A DNA stretch of 64,000 nucleotides, from positions 1 to 64,000 of IMG/VR virus record IMGVR_UViG_3300046653_000093; one strand, 5' to 3'. This document shows positions 9,965 through 20,649 of the stretch, one piece after another. The translations under genes were made by a program, and so were the position numbers. The notes under the pieces are model-generated. The model worked only from the letters and a program-made list of their open reading frames with translations, was not told where the DNA came from and searched no databases. Numbering within the stretch: the first letter of the stretch is position 1; each line of letters opens with the position of its first letter.

Positions 9965-11299
9965 ATGAATCGCGTTCAAGAAGTAAAAAAAGCCTTTCCT
10001 GAATTTGCCAGTTTAGCTATCGAGACGGCAGACCCAAAACATAAGAACAAATACCTTATGTGGATTGCCTCTCAATTGGCTAAGAAATACAGCCCGGAAG
10101 ATATCCGATCAACGATATCGTCCTTTCATAAAGACTCAAGGCGTCTTCGAAAATCTGACATATATTCATATCCAGATTTGAAAGTTCTTGATAACGAGAT
10201 CAAAGACCTAGCGATGAGCAAGCGGCAGGTTGAGATCTTCTCTAAAGAAATGGGCGCTGTGAAGATATTCGGCGATGAGTCTTGCACACTCGTGAGGATA
10301 AATAGCAAGACCGCCATGCTGTACTACGGTAAAGCATCTAAGTGGTGTATTGCCATGGAATCTGAAGAGTATTGGGAAGACTATAGCTCTAGCGGGAATG
10401 TCTTCTATGTCCTTTTGGATAAAGAAAATCAGCGCAAGTATGCCATCCAGAAAAAAGGACTGATGGATGTTACAATCTGGGAAGAGGATGACGACGAAGT
10501 AGATGATATTGATGATTGGGTTAAGCGCAACGACAAGTTCGAATCTGCAGTATTTGCATGTCTTCACGATCGTGAAGAACCAATGCTTTACCGTATAAAG
10601 AGAGGTCTCACCACTCGCCAAGAAGTATCTGAATGGATAAAGTACCAGAATCAAAACACCATTAAGTTCTTGCATAATATGACTGGTGTTGGGTATTATC
10701 TCTTTGATCCTGCATCGGTAACTAGAAAAACAATCAAGTTATTATCCACACTCAATATTAAGTACCTTGAAGCTATCAGTGCAGAGTATCCTAACTTCAT
10801 TACTGATGTTGCTAATTTCTTGGCAGCAAATCCCAAGGTAGTTTTTAAAAGCTTTAGATTTAGATTGGCCCATCTACTTCCAGATCCAGATCTCATTCTA
10901 AATGAAGAAGATGCAAACTTCATTAAGATGAATACAGATCCTTCAATAGCGTCTAAACTTCTTACAAGTAAAAAGCAAGAAGTGTGGAGTAAGGCGCTTC
11001 TGGTTGCAAAGCCATCAACAATCGTCTCTATATTACCCTCAGTAAAGAGAACTCAAAAGAGAGAGTTCATTCGCAGATTGAAAATGCGAACAGATTATGC
11101 CAAATTAATAGAATGGCTGGCTGCTACAAATCTTCAAATACCCAATGAAGTTTGGCTGAGTAAAGCAAAGGGACAATACGGCGAATACGCCGAAGAAGAC
11201 AAGTGCACTGAAGAAGATGAAGAGTGTGATGAGGAAGAAGACTCGGAAGTAATCGTTGGTGTCACCGGTTCCCAACCGATGACCGATGCCTTCCACTGA
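9965..11299 (+). CDS. hypothetical phage protein with acidic tail
   Basis: 444-aa ORF containing a YGKASKWCIA motif. Confidence 0.7.
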   Translation: MNRVQEVKKAFPEFASLAIETADPKHKNKYLMWIASQLAKKYSPEDIRSTISSFHKDSRRLRKSDIYSYPDLKVLDNEIKDLAMSKRQVEIFSKEMGAVKIFGDESCTLVRINSKTAMLYYGKASKWCIAMESEEYWEDYSSSGNVFYVLLDKENQRKYAIQKKGLMDVTIWEEDDDEVDDIDDWVKRNDKFESAVFACLHDREEPMLYRIKRGLTTRQEVSEWIKYQNQNTIKFLHNMTGVGYYLFDPASVTRKTIKLLSTLNIKYLEAISAEYPNFITDVANFLAANPKVVFKSFRFRLAHLLPDPDLILNEEDANFIKMNTDPSIASKLLTSKKQEVWSKALLVAKPSTIVSILPSVKRTQKREFIRRLKMRTDYAKLIEWLAATNLQIPNEVWLSKAKGQYGEYAEEDKCTEEDEECDEEEDSEVIVGVTGSQPMTDAFH

Positions 11300-11494
11300 T
11301 CATTGGTCGAACATACGGCCGCAACGGCATAAATGCTGGACAATTCCTGACGACGATGTTATCGTGGCGGGCTGGTGACAGTGGCATGAAGTTTGGTTTA
11401 GAACAACAGGTGAACAATGAGATAGTGTTTGCAAAATTAAATTAGCAGGTGGATATTCCGCCATATTAATTTGTCCAATTGAAACGGAAGAAAC

Positions 11495-12319
11495 ATGATT
11501 CTACAGGCTTTATTGTTGCAAACAATATTGAAAGTCGCACCTCCTGGATATACAAAATTTTCAGTTACTCCGATAGAGTGTCATGGAGATGCGTGCTCAG
11601 ATTACCAATGGTCAACCTTCTATGGTGCCTATGTCACAAAGGAATCGAAGGAAGATGGAAAGGAAAGGTATTCAGTTATCACGGAAGAAATTGTCACATT
11701 AGCACAAAACAAACTGTGCATTGATGATAATTTGAGTACCGTAAAAGACTGCAAGAGAAGTCCTTTGTTCAAAGGATTTACGTTCATTGAACTTGTATCT
11801 CTTGAAAGCGCTGCTGCAATTGCAGAAAGCGGACTTCGAGAAGATGTGGAGGTTGGTCGAGGGCGTTCAGGACGCACTAAGCCAACAGATCCATTAGCAG
11901 ATGATGCTGGAGGCGAAGGAATTGGTCCGGGCGGTGAAGTGTGCTTGGTACAGGTTCATCCAGCTGTTCTCGTGAAGTTCAAAATTGATCCACAGACATT
12001 CTTGGGTGCAAATAGCGAAGCATTAGAAAACTGTTTTGGCTTTGGTATGGATATGTTTGGCCGCGCCAGAAACATGTGCGCGTACCAAGCAACTAAAACT
12101 CCAGACCTTGAACATGATTGGGTTTTTGAAACATTCTCAGCTTATGGAACTGGCAGCACTTGTGCCAGTGCTAATAATGGAAAGACGGCTTATAGGAGAT
12201 CCTTGTATACAGCGATATCTTCAGACTTCGGTGCTAGAATAAAGAAGGAGAAAAAAAGAGAAGCTAAAGAAGCAAAAAACTCTCCAACACTTCCTCTTCC
12301 TCCTCCATCTAAAATATAA
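11495..12319 (+). CDS. putative secreted protein, possibly lysozyme-like fold
   Basis: hydrophobic N-terminus; AIAESGL and CLVQVH motifs. Confidence 0.5.
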   Translation: MILQALLLQTILKVAPPGYTKFSVTPIECHGDACSDYQWSTFYGAYVTKESKEDGKERYSVITEEIVTLAQNKLCIDDNLSTVKDCKRSPLFKGFTFIELVSLESAAAIAESGLREDVEVGRGRSGRTKPTDPLADDAGGEGIGPGGEVCLVQVHPAVLVKFKIDPQTFLGANSEALENCFGFGMDMFGRARNMCAYQATKTPDLEHDWVFETFSAYGTGSTCASANNGKTAYRRSLYTAISSDFGARIKKEKKREAKEAKNSPTLPLPPPSKI

Positions 12320-12334
12320 TCAGAAAGATAATTT

Positions 12335-12934
12335 ATGTCAAAAGAATCTGGTGTTGACCGTTATGGAAGGGCAAAGATTAGGTCTGCTCCGCCAGAAAAT
12401 CCACTTGTTCAAAGGATAAAGATGGCAGCTGATGACTGCCCTCCAATAGATTCTTTGAAACGTGTTACGAATGATTTCCCAACGGGCTGCCCGTCAACAG
12501 CAATATCATTGAAGTTCGAAGAGAAACATCCAGATGTGCTTGTCATCCAGTGCAGTGATGGCAGGTACACCTCGATAGTCTCCGAGCTCATGCAGAGCAA
12601 CGGGATCACGCGCTATGATGTGATGGCAATGCCAGGAGGCCCAGCGCTGGCGAACGCTTCCATTCTACAATCAGAGGCTTGCAAGACTGGTACGTCTTTC
12701 TTAATCAAAGGCCATAACACAAGAAAAGTATGGCTGTTAACTCACTCTGAATGTGGGTACTATAAGTATAATCTCAATGGTATGCCAAGAGAGACAATTA
12801 CTAATAGACAGATTAGAGATCTTCAAATGGCAGCCATCTGGCTTCGTAATGTAAATAAAAGCCTTGAGGTTTACGCATCATACATTATCAACAATAATGG
12901 TATTGCGTCTTTCAAAACCATAGAGATTGAATAG
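12335..12934 (+). CDS. beta-carbonic anhydrase-like protein
   Basis: CSDGR, MPGG and HSECG zinc-ligand motifs. Confidence 0.78.
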   Translation: MSKESGVDRYGRAKIRSAPPENPLVQRIKMAADDCPPIDSLKRVTNDFPTGCPSTAISLKFEEKHPDVLVIQCSDGRYTSIVSELMQSNGITRYDVMAMPGGPALANASILQSEACKTGTSFLIKGHNTRKVWLLTHSECGYYKYNLNGMPRETITNRQIRDLQMAAIWLRNVNKSLEVYASYIINNNGIASFKTIEIE

Positions 12935-12936
12935 TC

Positions 12937-13389
12937 ATGCCTATCGAACCAAATCCTTTTGATGACGAACGCCTTGCAAAGATTAGAGCTGAGCAAGGAG
13001 ACCCTCTAATTCAATACTACATCGTAAGAACTGACTTGAACATGAGCGCAGGAAAGATGGGAGCCCAAATAGCTCACGGCGCTCAGATGTTCGTTATACG
13101 ATCTGGAACTCTGGCAGAACGTCACAAAAACGATATGACTCCACTGAAGCCAGAGTATGAAGAGATCTTGGGGGTTGTGGCAGAGTGGATGAATGGAAGT
13201 TTCCGCAAGGTTGTGCTCGGCGGCAAGAAGAAGGACTTCGAGAAGATCATTGCTGAGCTGCGGGTCTTCCTCGTGCGCGATGCCGGCCTGACCGAAGTGG
13301 AGCCCAACTCCGAGACAGTGTTGGTGACATGGCCAATTAGGCGATCTGAATGTCCTAAAATATTGAAAAGACTTCAAACTCTAAAGTAA
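12937..13389 (+). CDS. peptidyl-tRNA hydrolase, PTH2 family
   Basis: IVRTDLNMSAGKMGAQIAHG, KVVL, VRDAGLTEV. Confidence 0.9.
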   Translation: MPIEPNPFDDERLAKIRAEQGDPLIQYYIVRTDLNMSAGKMGAQIAHGAQMFVIRSGTLAERHKNDMTPLKPEYEEILGVVAEWMNGSFRKVVLGGKKKDFEKIIAELRVFLVRDAGLTEVEPNSETVLVTWPIRRSECPKILKRLQTLK

Positions 13390-14052
13390 GTTTTTAAATG
13401 ATTGCTCATCCATATGCATTTTGGTTTGCAATAGGAGTATTCGTAGGTCTGCTTATTGGTTGGGTGTCACGCGGCCTGCAAGAAGCGTCACTACGCCGAG
13501 CCTATTTACGCGGACTACAAGACAGATGACAATATGATAATGAAAAACCTGCCACTCAAGAAGATGTCCCTAGACATTCGAACTGGTCGATGCTCTGGCA
13601 TCCACTGGTGTTGCATCGCCTTTTACGTTATCGTCTGGCAACCGCTCTGTCATTGTTCAAAATTCAGCAAAGCCTATATCAACTTTGTACTCAAACACGG
13701 CAATGGAAATCTTCCGGGTTATGTTCCATGCCCTCGTTGCATTAAACATCCCATCCACGTCAAACGATGTACTACCTGCGGTCACACCCTTGAATGGGAT
13801 CAGCTTACTAAGGGTAGTTGAAGTAAGTTTTGACAGAAGCCTCTAAGCTATGCCAACCATCAGGTCTGATGGTTTCGTGCGCACATAACATCAAATGGTA
13901 GTCCTTCACTTCTCTATGGTGAAGGTATGGCCAACAGCATTGTCCATTGTAGCAGCTGAATTTGCCACTCGCTAATACTGGTAAATTGTTCTTCGTCGTA
14001 ATTGTTGGGGTGCAACACGACAAGCACAACAATAGGATAGCTAAATACTTTT

Positions 14053-14538
14053 TCATTTATTACCTAGCTGCTGATAGCTTGGAAGACTTTCTATTCTCTG
14101 CATACCACCGGACTTCAACCAATTTTCAAAATCTTGTTCCTGGCCTTTGGCTGGAGTTTCTCCGCCGACAAATCCTTGCTGTGGATTGAACGAAGCCACA
14201 TGACCTTTCTCATGTGCAATGACCTTGGCTGTTGCTAAGGCCGCTTCTTGTCCACCTTGTTTCCCGCCGGCTTCGGCAACAATTCTATCTGCATTCAGAT
14301 AGATGACAGTTGGATCTTTATCTGGTCCGGATTCTACATGGCCATAGTCAGCAGATGGTCCAATCACCACCGATCTAACTCCTATAAAATAGTTTGGCTG
14401 CCATAACTTAAGAATCTCCAAAGCACAATTTGCTTCAGGTTTACCAGGCTGAATAGTTATATTTGGAGTATTGATTGTATTATCCTGAGCACGCCTAAAA
14501 AATACATCAGCGTACATAGCTAACTTCTTAAGATTCAT
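14053..14538 (-). CDS. hypothetical protein with HExxH zincin-like motif
   Basis: VIAHEKGH. Confidence 0.6.
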   Translation of the reverse strand: MNLKKLAMYADVFFRRAQDNTINTPNITIQPGKPEANCALEILKLWQPNYFIGVRSVVIGPSADYGHVESGPDKDPTVIYLNADRIVAEAGGKQGGQEAALATAKVIAHEKGHVASFNPQQGFVGGETPAKGQEQDFENWLKSGGMQRIESLPSYQQLGNK

Positions 14539-14596
14539 AATTCAATACCAAATAATTGTAAGATGTGGATATATCAGTATAAACGTAGAGGTTTAG

Positions 14597-15895
14597 GTGA
14601 AGAAAAACTACATTCTTGATACTAACGTGCTGATTCATGACCCACAATCGATATTCAAATTTGAGGACAACAACCTATACATTCCAATTTACGTATTAGA
14701 AGAACTAGATAAATTGAAGAGCGAGCTTTCCCTTCGTGGACGAAATTCACGCGAAGTTTGCCGATTGCTCGATGACCTGCGCTGCCAAGGCTCATTACCA
14801 GAAGGGGTTCCGGTAGGAGATGGTAAGCTAATCATTTACGTCCCCCAAGAGCGGAAGGTCATCAAGGTTGCTCTCGATTCAAAAAGCATGGACAACGCAA
14901 TACTTCAGTGCGCTGTTGAAATCAAGGAATCTTCCGAACTTATATCCATCATGGTAACCATGGATGTTAACCTTCGCATCCGCGCTGAATGCATAGGAGT
15001 TCAAACAGCTTCATACGAATTCCAATCAGTAGACACTTCGCATATGATTACTGGTCACACCAATATGAATGTGGATCTTGAAGACATTGATAGGCTATTC
15101 AGTGAAGGATCTATTTTACCAAAAGAATCTGATGAGGAGTTGTTTGATAACATCTGCATCATGCTAAAAGATCCAAGTGGCAAAACTGCTATTGGAAGAT
15201 ACAATAAGAAAAAGAACATCGTAACTCCAATTCGTCCACATGGCGATGTGATGGGTATCAAGCCAAGGAACGTAGAACAGAAATTCGCATTGGATTTGCT
15301 ACTCGATGATAATGTCAAAATCGTAACCCTATCTGGTACCGCTGGTGGTGGTAAAACACTACTTGCTTTGTGTGTTGGTTTACAAAAGACGCTTGACGGC
15401 AAATATTCAAGACTACTTGTCAGTAGACCAATCATGCCTCTAGGTAAAGATATTGGATATCTAAAGGGAACTCTTGAAGAGAAGATGAATCCTTGGATGC
15501 AACCAATTTATGACAATCTAGAATTGCTCATGATGCAGGGCGGCGGAAAACGCAAAGGTCTCAAGTATGATGATTTGTTTGAACAAGACATTATTCGCGT
15601 AGAGCCTCTGACGTATATCCGAGGAAGAAGCTTACCTGGCCAATTCATTATTATTGATGAGGCACAGAACCTAACTAGTCATGAAATTAAAACAATCATT
15701 ACAAGATGCGGTGAAGGCTCGAAGATAGTATTAACTGGTGATCCTGAACAGATTGATAGCCCGTACATGGATAAGGGATCTTGTGGATTAAGTGTTGCGG
15801 TCGAGAAACTTCATGATAATCCTATTGTAGGTCATCTCACCTTATCTAAGGGCGAGCGTTCTGAGCTGGCAAATCTAGCAGCTAATCTGATGTAG
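14597..15895 (+). CDS. phoH: PIN-PhoH protein
   Basis: YILDTNVLIHDP PIN domain; GTAGGGKT; YIRGRS; IIDEAQN; GDPEQID. Confidence 0.93.
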   Translation: MKKNYILDTNVLIHDPQSIFKFEDNNLYIPIYVLEELDKLKSELSLRGRNSREVCRLLDDLRCQGSLPEGVPVGDGKLIIYVPQERKVIKVALDSKSMDNAILQCAVEIKESSELISIMVTMDVNLRIRAECIGVQTASYEFQSVDTSHMITGHTNMNVDLEDIDRLFSEGSILPKESDEELFDNICIMLKDPSGKTAIGRYNKKKNIVTPIRPHGDVMGIKPRNVEQKFALDLLLDDNVKIVTLSGTAGGGKTLLALCVGLQKTLDGKYSRLLVSRPIMPLGKDIGYLKGTLEEKMNPWMQPIYDNLELLMMQGGGKRKGLKYDDLFEQDIIRVEPLTYIRGRSLPGQFIIIDEAQNLTSHEIKTIITRCGEGSKIVLTGDPEQIDSPYMDKGSCGLSVAVEKLHDNPIVGHLTLSKGERSELANLAANLM

Positions 15896-15945
15896 GAAGT
15901 AGAACATAAAAACTCAACATTATATGAATACCTTCCCATTACTAT

Positions 15946-16608
15946 ATGGGTATATGTGGATTTTGTAATGGTGAAAATCATAGGGTAAGATCTGAGTTTT
16001 GTTCGCGGACATGTGATAAAGGGGCTAAGTATGAGAAGTATAAGTTATTGTGTTTGTGCGTAAATTGTGGAGAGAATAACACTTCTGACTTTTATACTTG
16101 TGCTAAGTGCAGAACTAAAAGAAAATCTCACGATGATAGCTGTAAAGAACAACGTCAAAATTATCAAAAGCAAAAGCGACAAGACGCTAGACAAAATGGA
16201 TTTTGCATTATATGTTGTAAAGTGAGACCGAAAGAAAATAGATTGGTTTGCGATGTGTGTAATGAACGAGCCAAACAAACAGCCAAGAGATTTACTGATA
16301 GTCCTCACTATCCACAACAGCTTCTTTTGAGAAACGCCAAGGCACGTGCAAAAAAGTTTAATCTTCCATTTAATCTAACCATAAATGATATAGTGATCCC
16401 AAAGGAATGCCCGATTCTTGGAATTACATTAGTGCCCGGCAAAGGTAAGCCGCTGCCATCATCCCCATCTCTTGATAGAATTATTCCAGCTCTTGGGTAT
16501 GTTCCTGGTAATGTTTGTGTTATCTCTTATAAAGCTAACTCTATAAAATCAAACCTTACCAAAGATATGCTTATTAAATTGACGGAATATGTCAGTAAAG
16601 AGAGATAA
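15946..16608 (+). CDS. Cys-rich HNH-like endonuclease
   Basis: multiple CxxC; CPILG..PSLDRIIPALGYVPGNVCVISYKAN. Confidence 0.75.
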   Translation: MGICGFCNGENHRVRSEFCSRTCDKGAKYEKYKLLCLCVNCGENNTSDFYTCAKCRTKRKSHDDSCKEQRQNYQKQKRQDARQNGFCIICCKVRPKENRLVCDVCNERAKQTAKRFTDSPHYPQQLLLRNAKARAKKFNLPFNLTINDIVIPKECPILGITLVPGKGKPLPSSPSLDRIIPALGYVPGNVCVISYKANSIKSNLTKDMLIKLTEYVSKER

Positions 16609-16609
16609 T

Positions 16610-16786
16610 ATGACTTATGAATATTTGTGTGTAAATTGTAATCACGAATGGGAACAGGAGTCTAAGATAACCGAAGATGCCGAAAAATTTTGCCCCAAGT
16701 GTGGCCAAGAAACTGCCAAACGATTGGTTTCTGGAGGCCTAGGGTTTCAACTCCAGGGAAGTGGATGGTTCAAGGACGGCTATTAA
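16610..16786 (+). CDS. FmdB-family zinc-ribbon protein
   Basis: YEYLCVNCNH..CPKCG..GSGWFKDGY. Confidence 0.85.
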   Translation: MTYEYLCVNCNHEWEQESKITEDAEKFCPKCGQETAKRLVSGGLGFQLQGSGWFKDGY

Positions 16787-16800
16787 TCTGATAGTAATAT

Positions 16801-17406
16801 ATGGCAATGTTAGCAATTCCAATCCAGCCGGACATATCTAGACTGTTCCAAGAATTTGATCTTGATATTGAACGTGATCCTTCAGATCATATAACTATGT
16901 TTTATTTCGGCGATGATTTGCCAATATCTAAGGTATTGAAAATCATACCTGTGATATTTGAAATAACAAATGATCTGAAACCATTTACAGCCTCAGCCTC
17001 AAATTATTCATCCTTTGACTCGGATGAAGAATATCCTATAATATGTCCAGTCAAATCTAAAGGCTTGATTGACCTAAGAGAAAAAATCAAGAAAGCATTC
17101 GATAGTAAAAAGATACCATACGATAAGAAGTTTCCTGACTATAAACCTCATATCACTTTGGGTTACTCAAAAGAAAAGAAAAAGAATACCAAGTTCCCAA
17201 AGGTTGAGTTTACAATATCCCAAATTTCTCTTTATGCAGGTGATAGTTCTGACACAAAGCTATTCGTTAATTTTCCGTTTACAATAAATAAGTTTTCTAA
17301 ATTAGACTTGATGTCTTCTTTGTATGCAAAACATACCTACGGAGATTATGAACGCTCCATCAATAACAATATCTCAAAGTCAGTTAGAATCTGCTCGCCC
17401 AGATGA
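16801..17406 (+). CDS. 2H phosphoesterase (LigT/Acb1-like)
   Basis: two HxT motifs: DHITM and YKPHITLGY. Confidence 0.82.
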   Translation: MAMLAIPIQPDISRLFQEFDLDIERDPSDHITMFYFGDDLPISKVLKIIPVIFEITNDLKPFTASASNYSSFDSDEEYPIICPVKSKGLIDLREKIKKAFDSKKIPYDKKFPDYKPHITLGYSKEKKKNTKFPKVEFTISQISLYAGDSSDTKLFVNFPFTINKFSKLDLMSSLYAKHTYGDYERSINNNISKSVRICSPR

Positions 17407-17853
17407 TTTATTGCGCCTTGCTAAATATCTCAAACTCAATAACTTCTATGAACTTGAACACGAACAGTTGGCCTTCGTCATCTCAATGGTACTGTCCGAT
17501 CAATATTTGAATTCATTAAAGGATTCTTTCTAACTCTGGATACATGAGCATGAGTCTGAGTGGGCTGCCAACAATTTTGATTGTGGATATTTTGTTGATT
17601 TTAACAGAGGATGTAGACCATAGTATAGATGGGTCTTTGGAGAAGTAGAGGCTCTCTATCCAAATTGGAAGCCGGCTCTTCAGAACGTTAAGTGATTGTT
17701 GTTTAAATCCTTCTTTGGTAACTACAATCAATTCCGAATTTAGATAATTTATGAAAGCAGCCTTAACAAATCCAAAAGATATAAGATTCTTTACGATTTC
17801 TACATTGGCAAAAGTACGATTTACAAGATCATCTATTTCTTCTTCCATTTTTG

Positions 17854-17924
17854 TGGAGCCGGCGAGATTCGAACTAGCGAATCAACGTTGCGAACGTTGC
17901 ATGATCCCACTTCATCACGGTCCC
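17854..17924 (-). tRNA. tRNA-Ala(CGC)
   Basis: minus-strand cloverleaf; arm CAACG-TTCGCAA-CGTTG. Confidence 0.75.
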
Positions 17925-17942
17925 GTGTTCCTTGATGCAGAA

Positions 17943-18656
17943 TTATTGCTTGACCAATCTGCAATCCATCAGTGGAACGCAATGCCCATCAGCATCGCAT
18001 TTATACACTCTACATAATACTCTATCTGGAGATTGTCCACAGCCACATCCACCAAAAACAGCAGTGGATTGTACCTGGTTATACCAATGGTTCTCTCTTG
18101 GATATTTAGGATCACACCTGGCTGGATAATAAGGGGATCTTCCGTCTTCAACAATTATTCCACCAGATGAGCCGCAACAATTACATTCTTTATCATAGGG
18201 CTTGCATGTTGTATCGCATCCACAATTACCATGGCAGCCACAATCTTTCTTAGCCTCTTCTTGTTTGCCACATCCACAACCTTCCTTTTTGCAAGAACGA
18301 TGCAGATTGGTATCGAAGATTCCTAACTGACCCCAATAGATGTTTGATAGATAGAATGCTTGCCCAGTTGGGCCAAAGCAATTCTTCTCAATATACACCA
18401 TACTCTCGCGAACGAAGATGACCACGTCCATCTCTGTTCGATTGGCAGTCTCCCGGAAGTCCCTCATGACCATCACTCGTTGTTGTAGCGCCCGGATGCT
18501 CTGCGGATAGCCAGGGTCCGCAGCGATGCGGAGGTCTAGATCCTGGCCTGTAATCGTTTCATTAATGTGCAACTGAATCTGTAGCCGATTCTGCACACTG
18601 GCTGAAAGATCGTTGTTGACCATGACAAGTGCCCCTGGCAATGCGATTGATCCCAT
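17943..18656 (-). CDS. hypothetical protein with Cys/Gly-rich C-terminus
   Basis: 237-aa ORF with CGC repeats. Confidence 0.65.
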   Translation of the reverse strand: MGSIALPGALVMVNNDLSASVQNRLQIQLHINETITGQDLDLRIAADPGYPQSIRALQQRVMVMRDFRETANRTEMDVVIFVRESMVYIEKNCFGPTGQAFYLSNIYWGQLGIFDTNLHRSCKKEGCGCGKQEEAKKDCGCHGNCGCDTTCKPYDKECNCCGSSGGIIVEDGRSPYYPARCDPKYPRENHWYNQVQSTAVFGGCGCGQSPDRVLCRVYKCDADGHCVPLMDCRLVKQ

Positions 18657-18715
18657 ACCTGTATGCGGTGGTAATAGTCTAGTTGTTCGGCCTGTTTAAA
18701 TAGGCACTAGAAGTC

Positions 18716-18827
18716 TTGACAGATAAAAATGATTCCGATATTCTGCAATAAGTAATTTGGTTCCAGTATAGCTGCAACGTCTGGAAAACTAAATTCATTT
18801 GACATCATCGCATACAGCTGATATCGT
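18716..18827 (+). promoter_or_regulatory. two tandem sigma70-type promoters
   Basis: TTGACA-17-TATTCT (18716-18744) and TTGACA-17-TATCGT (18799-18827). Confidence 0.65.
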
Positions 18828-18871
18828 CAGCCATATTTTATTGAATCAAAGTCCGTAACAAGGAGGTTTCC

Positions 18872-19555
18872 GTGCTGGGAAAATTCGGCAGTCTATTTTG
18901 GGAAAGCGACACGAAGGGATCTCCGGCAGAAAAGCCAGCGCCAGCTGCAAAGCCAGGAAAGCCAGTAGCAATCCCCGCCATTGATCCGGTAGTTGTTCCG
19001 GCTCGCGTGGCCCCGAAGCCCCAAATAACGATTCCTGGCCAAGTGGACGAAGCGATGGCCAAGATTCTGGAAGATGCAATCTTGGAAGCTAACATTCCTG
19101 GATTCGACTACGTCGAGTTCCGCGATGTTTTAGCCAACATGAGCACACTCGGGCTGCCAGAACCAAAGATGTTCCAGGCCGCATTCGCCTCGGCGCAGAT
19201 TGCCAAGGTAACCAAGACCCAACTGCTAGAAGCTATTGACTTCTACCTAAAGGTAATCGCTACGAAAGAGAAGGAATTCGAGGACTATGTGGCCGGTTTG
19301 AGGGCTACTGAGGTTACCGGCAAGGATCAGGAAATTGCCGACCTCGAAGCTCAGGTCGAAGCCGATGCCGCCAAGATTCAGGAATTGACTGCTGCAATCG
19401 GCGAGCGTAGACAGAAGCAAGACGCGATTCGCATGGGAAAAGCTCAAGCTGATTTGGACATCAACAACAAGACAGCTGCATTCGAAGCAACGAAGGCCGC
19501 TATTGTTGGCAGACTAAATTCTGATCGAAGCAAAATTGATACCTACATACAGTGA
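18872..19555 (+). CDS. coiled-coil hypothetical protein, first gene of the ABC/OmpA operon
   Basis: AGGAGG SD; ANIPGFDYVEF followed by coiled coil. Confidence 0.75.
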   Translation: MLGKFGSLFWESDTKGSPAEKPAPAAKPGKPVAIPAIDPVVVPARVAPKPQITIPGQVDEAMAKILEDAILEANIPGFDYVEFRDVLANMSTLGLPEPKMFQAAFASAQIAKVTKTQLLEAIDFYLKVIATKEKEFEDYVAGLRATEVTGKDQEIADLEAQVEADAAKIQELTAAIGERRQKQDAIRMGKAQADLDINNKTAAFEATKAAIVGRLNSDRSKIDTYIQ

Positions 19556-20604
19556 GCAAAATGGACACATCAAAAATCAAGAGTTTTTGGGATAAGCCTG
19601 AGGGCAATACCGGAATGATCGTACTCGGCACTCTTATTGTCGGTGGAGGAATATTTGTATTAAAAAACATAGATTTCCTCATTAGTCTTGCTCAGAATGC
19701 CATTTACTTCGGCTTTCTATTGGGTGTGATTGGTATTTCTGTTGCTGCTTTGATGAACCCAAGATTCCGGTTCTTGTGCAGTTCGATATTCCAATCAATC
19801 ATGCGCGGTATCACTAGTATCTGGATTGCTGTTGATGCAATTGGGATTCTCAAGAACTACTTGGTCGAAATGGTCAAGAAGCTGAAGATGATCGGTAACT
19901 ACATAACCCAGCTAGCCGGTCAAGTTGGTAAGGTCGGACGCGACATCGCGGCCCGCAAGAAAAAGGTTGAAGAATACATGCGCACAGCTGCTGCGGCGAA
20001 AAAGCGCAACGACATGGAAACCGCCAGCTTGCAGGGCACTTTCGCAGCACGTGAAATTGAATTCATTGAACGACGTCAAGCCAGTCTCGATAAGATGGAA
20101 AATACGCTTGAGATTCTCAAGCGAATGGAGGGCCGACTCAACATTCTGTACCAGGATACCGAGAACCAAGTACAGATGCTAACGGATGAGTACGAAGCCG
20201 TGAAGGCCTCTTACAAAGCCATGAAAGGTGCAGAGGCGCTCATCAATGGCGATGAAGCAAAAGCTCTCTTTGATCAAGCTTGTCAATATGTAACAGACGA
20301 CATTGGCATGAAACTTGGTGAGATGGATCGCTTCATGGAACAGGCCAAAGGCTCGTTGACTACCATGGATCTAAAGCAAGACGTGCTCAACGACAAGGGC
20401 CTGGAGCTGTTGTCTAACTGGGAAAAGACCGGCATTCTTAGCTACGAATCTGGCCAGCTTAGTCGGGTTGCCAAGGGCGAAAAGGTTCGAGTAGCTACCG
20501 ATGGCTCGCCATCAACTGATGAGCTCGAAGAGGCCGAAATGGCACAAGCTCGCGCTAATGGTGATCGTCCTAGTTCATTCTCAGCGATCTTCAATAAAAA
20601 GTAA
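19552..20604 (+). CDS. membrane-anchored coiled-coil protein (PspA-like)
   Basis: two N-terminal TM helices, then long heptad-rich helices. Confidence 0.65.
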   Translation: MSKMDTSKIKSFWDKPEGNTGMIVLGTLIVGGGIFVLKNIDFLISLAQNAIYFGFLLGVIGISVAALMNPRFRFLCSSIFQSIMRGITSIWIAVDAIGILKNYLVEMVKKLKMIGNYITQLAGQVGKVGRDIAARKKKVEEYMRTAAAAKKRNDMETASLQGTFAAREIEFIERRQASLDKMENTLEILKRMEGRLNILYQDTENQVQMLTDEYEAVKASYKAMKGAEALINGDEAKALFDQACQYVTDDIGMKLGEMDRFMEQAKGSLTTMDLKQDVLNDKGLELLSNWEKTGILSYESGQLSRVAKGEKVRVATDGSPSTDELEEAEMAQARANGDRPSSFSAIFNKK

Positions 20605-20649
20605 ATTCTCACGACCTAATGAACAACAAATCGACAGAGGATAATCAAA

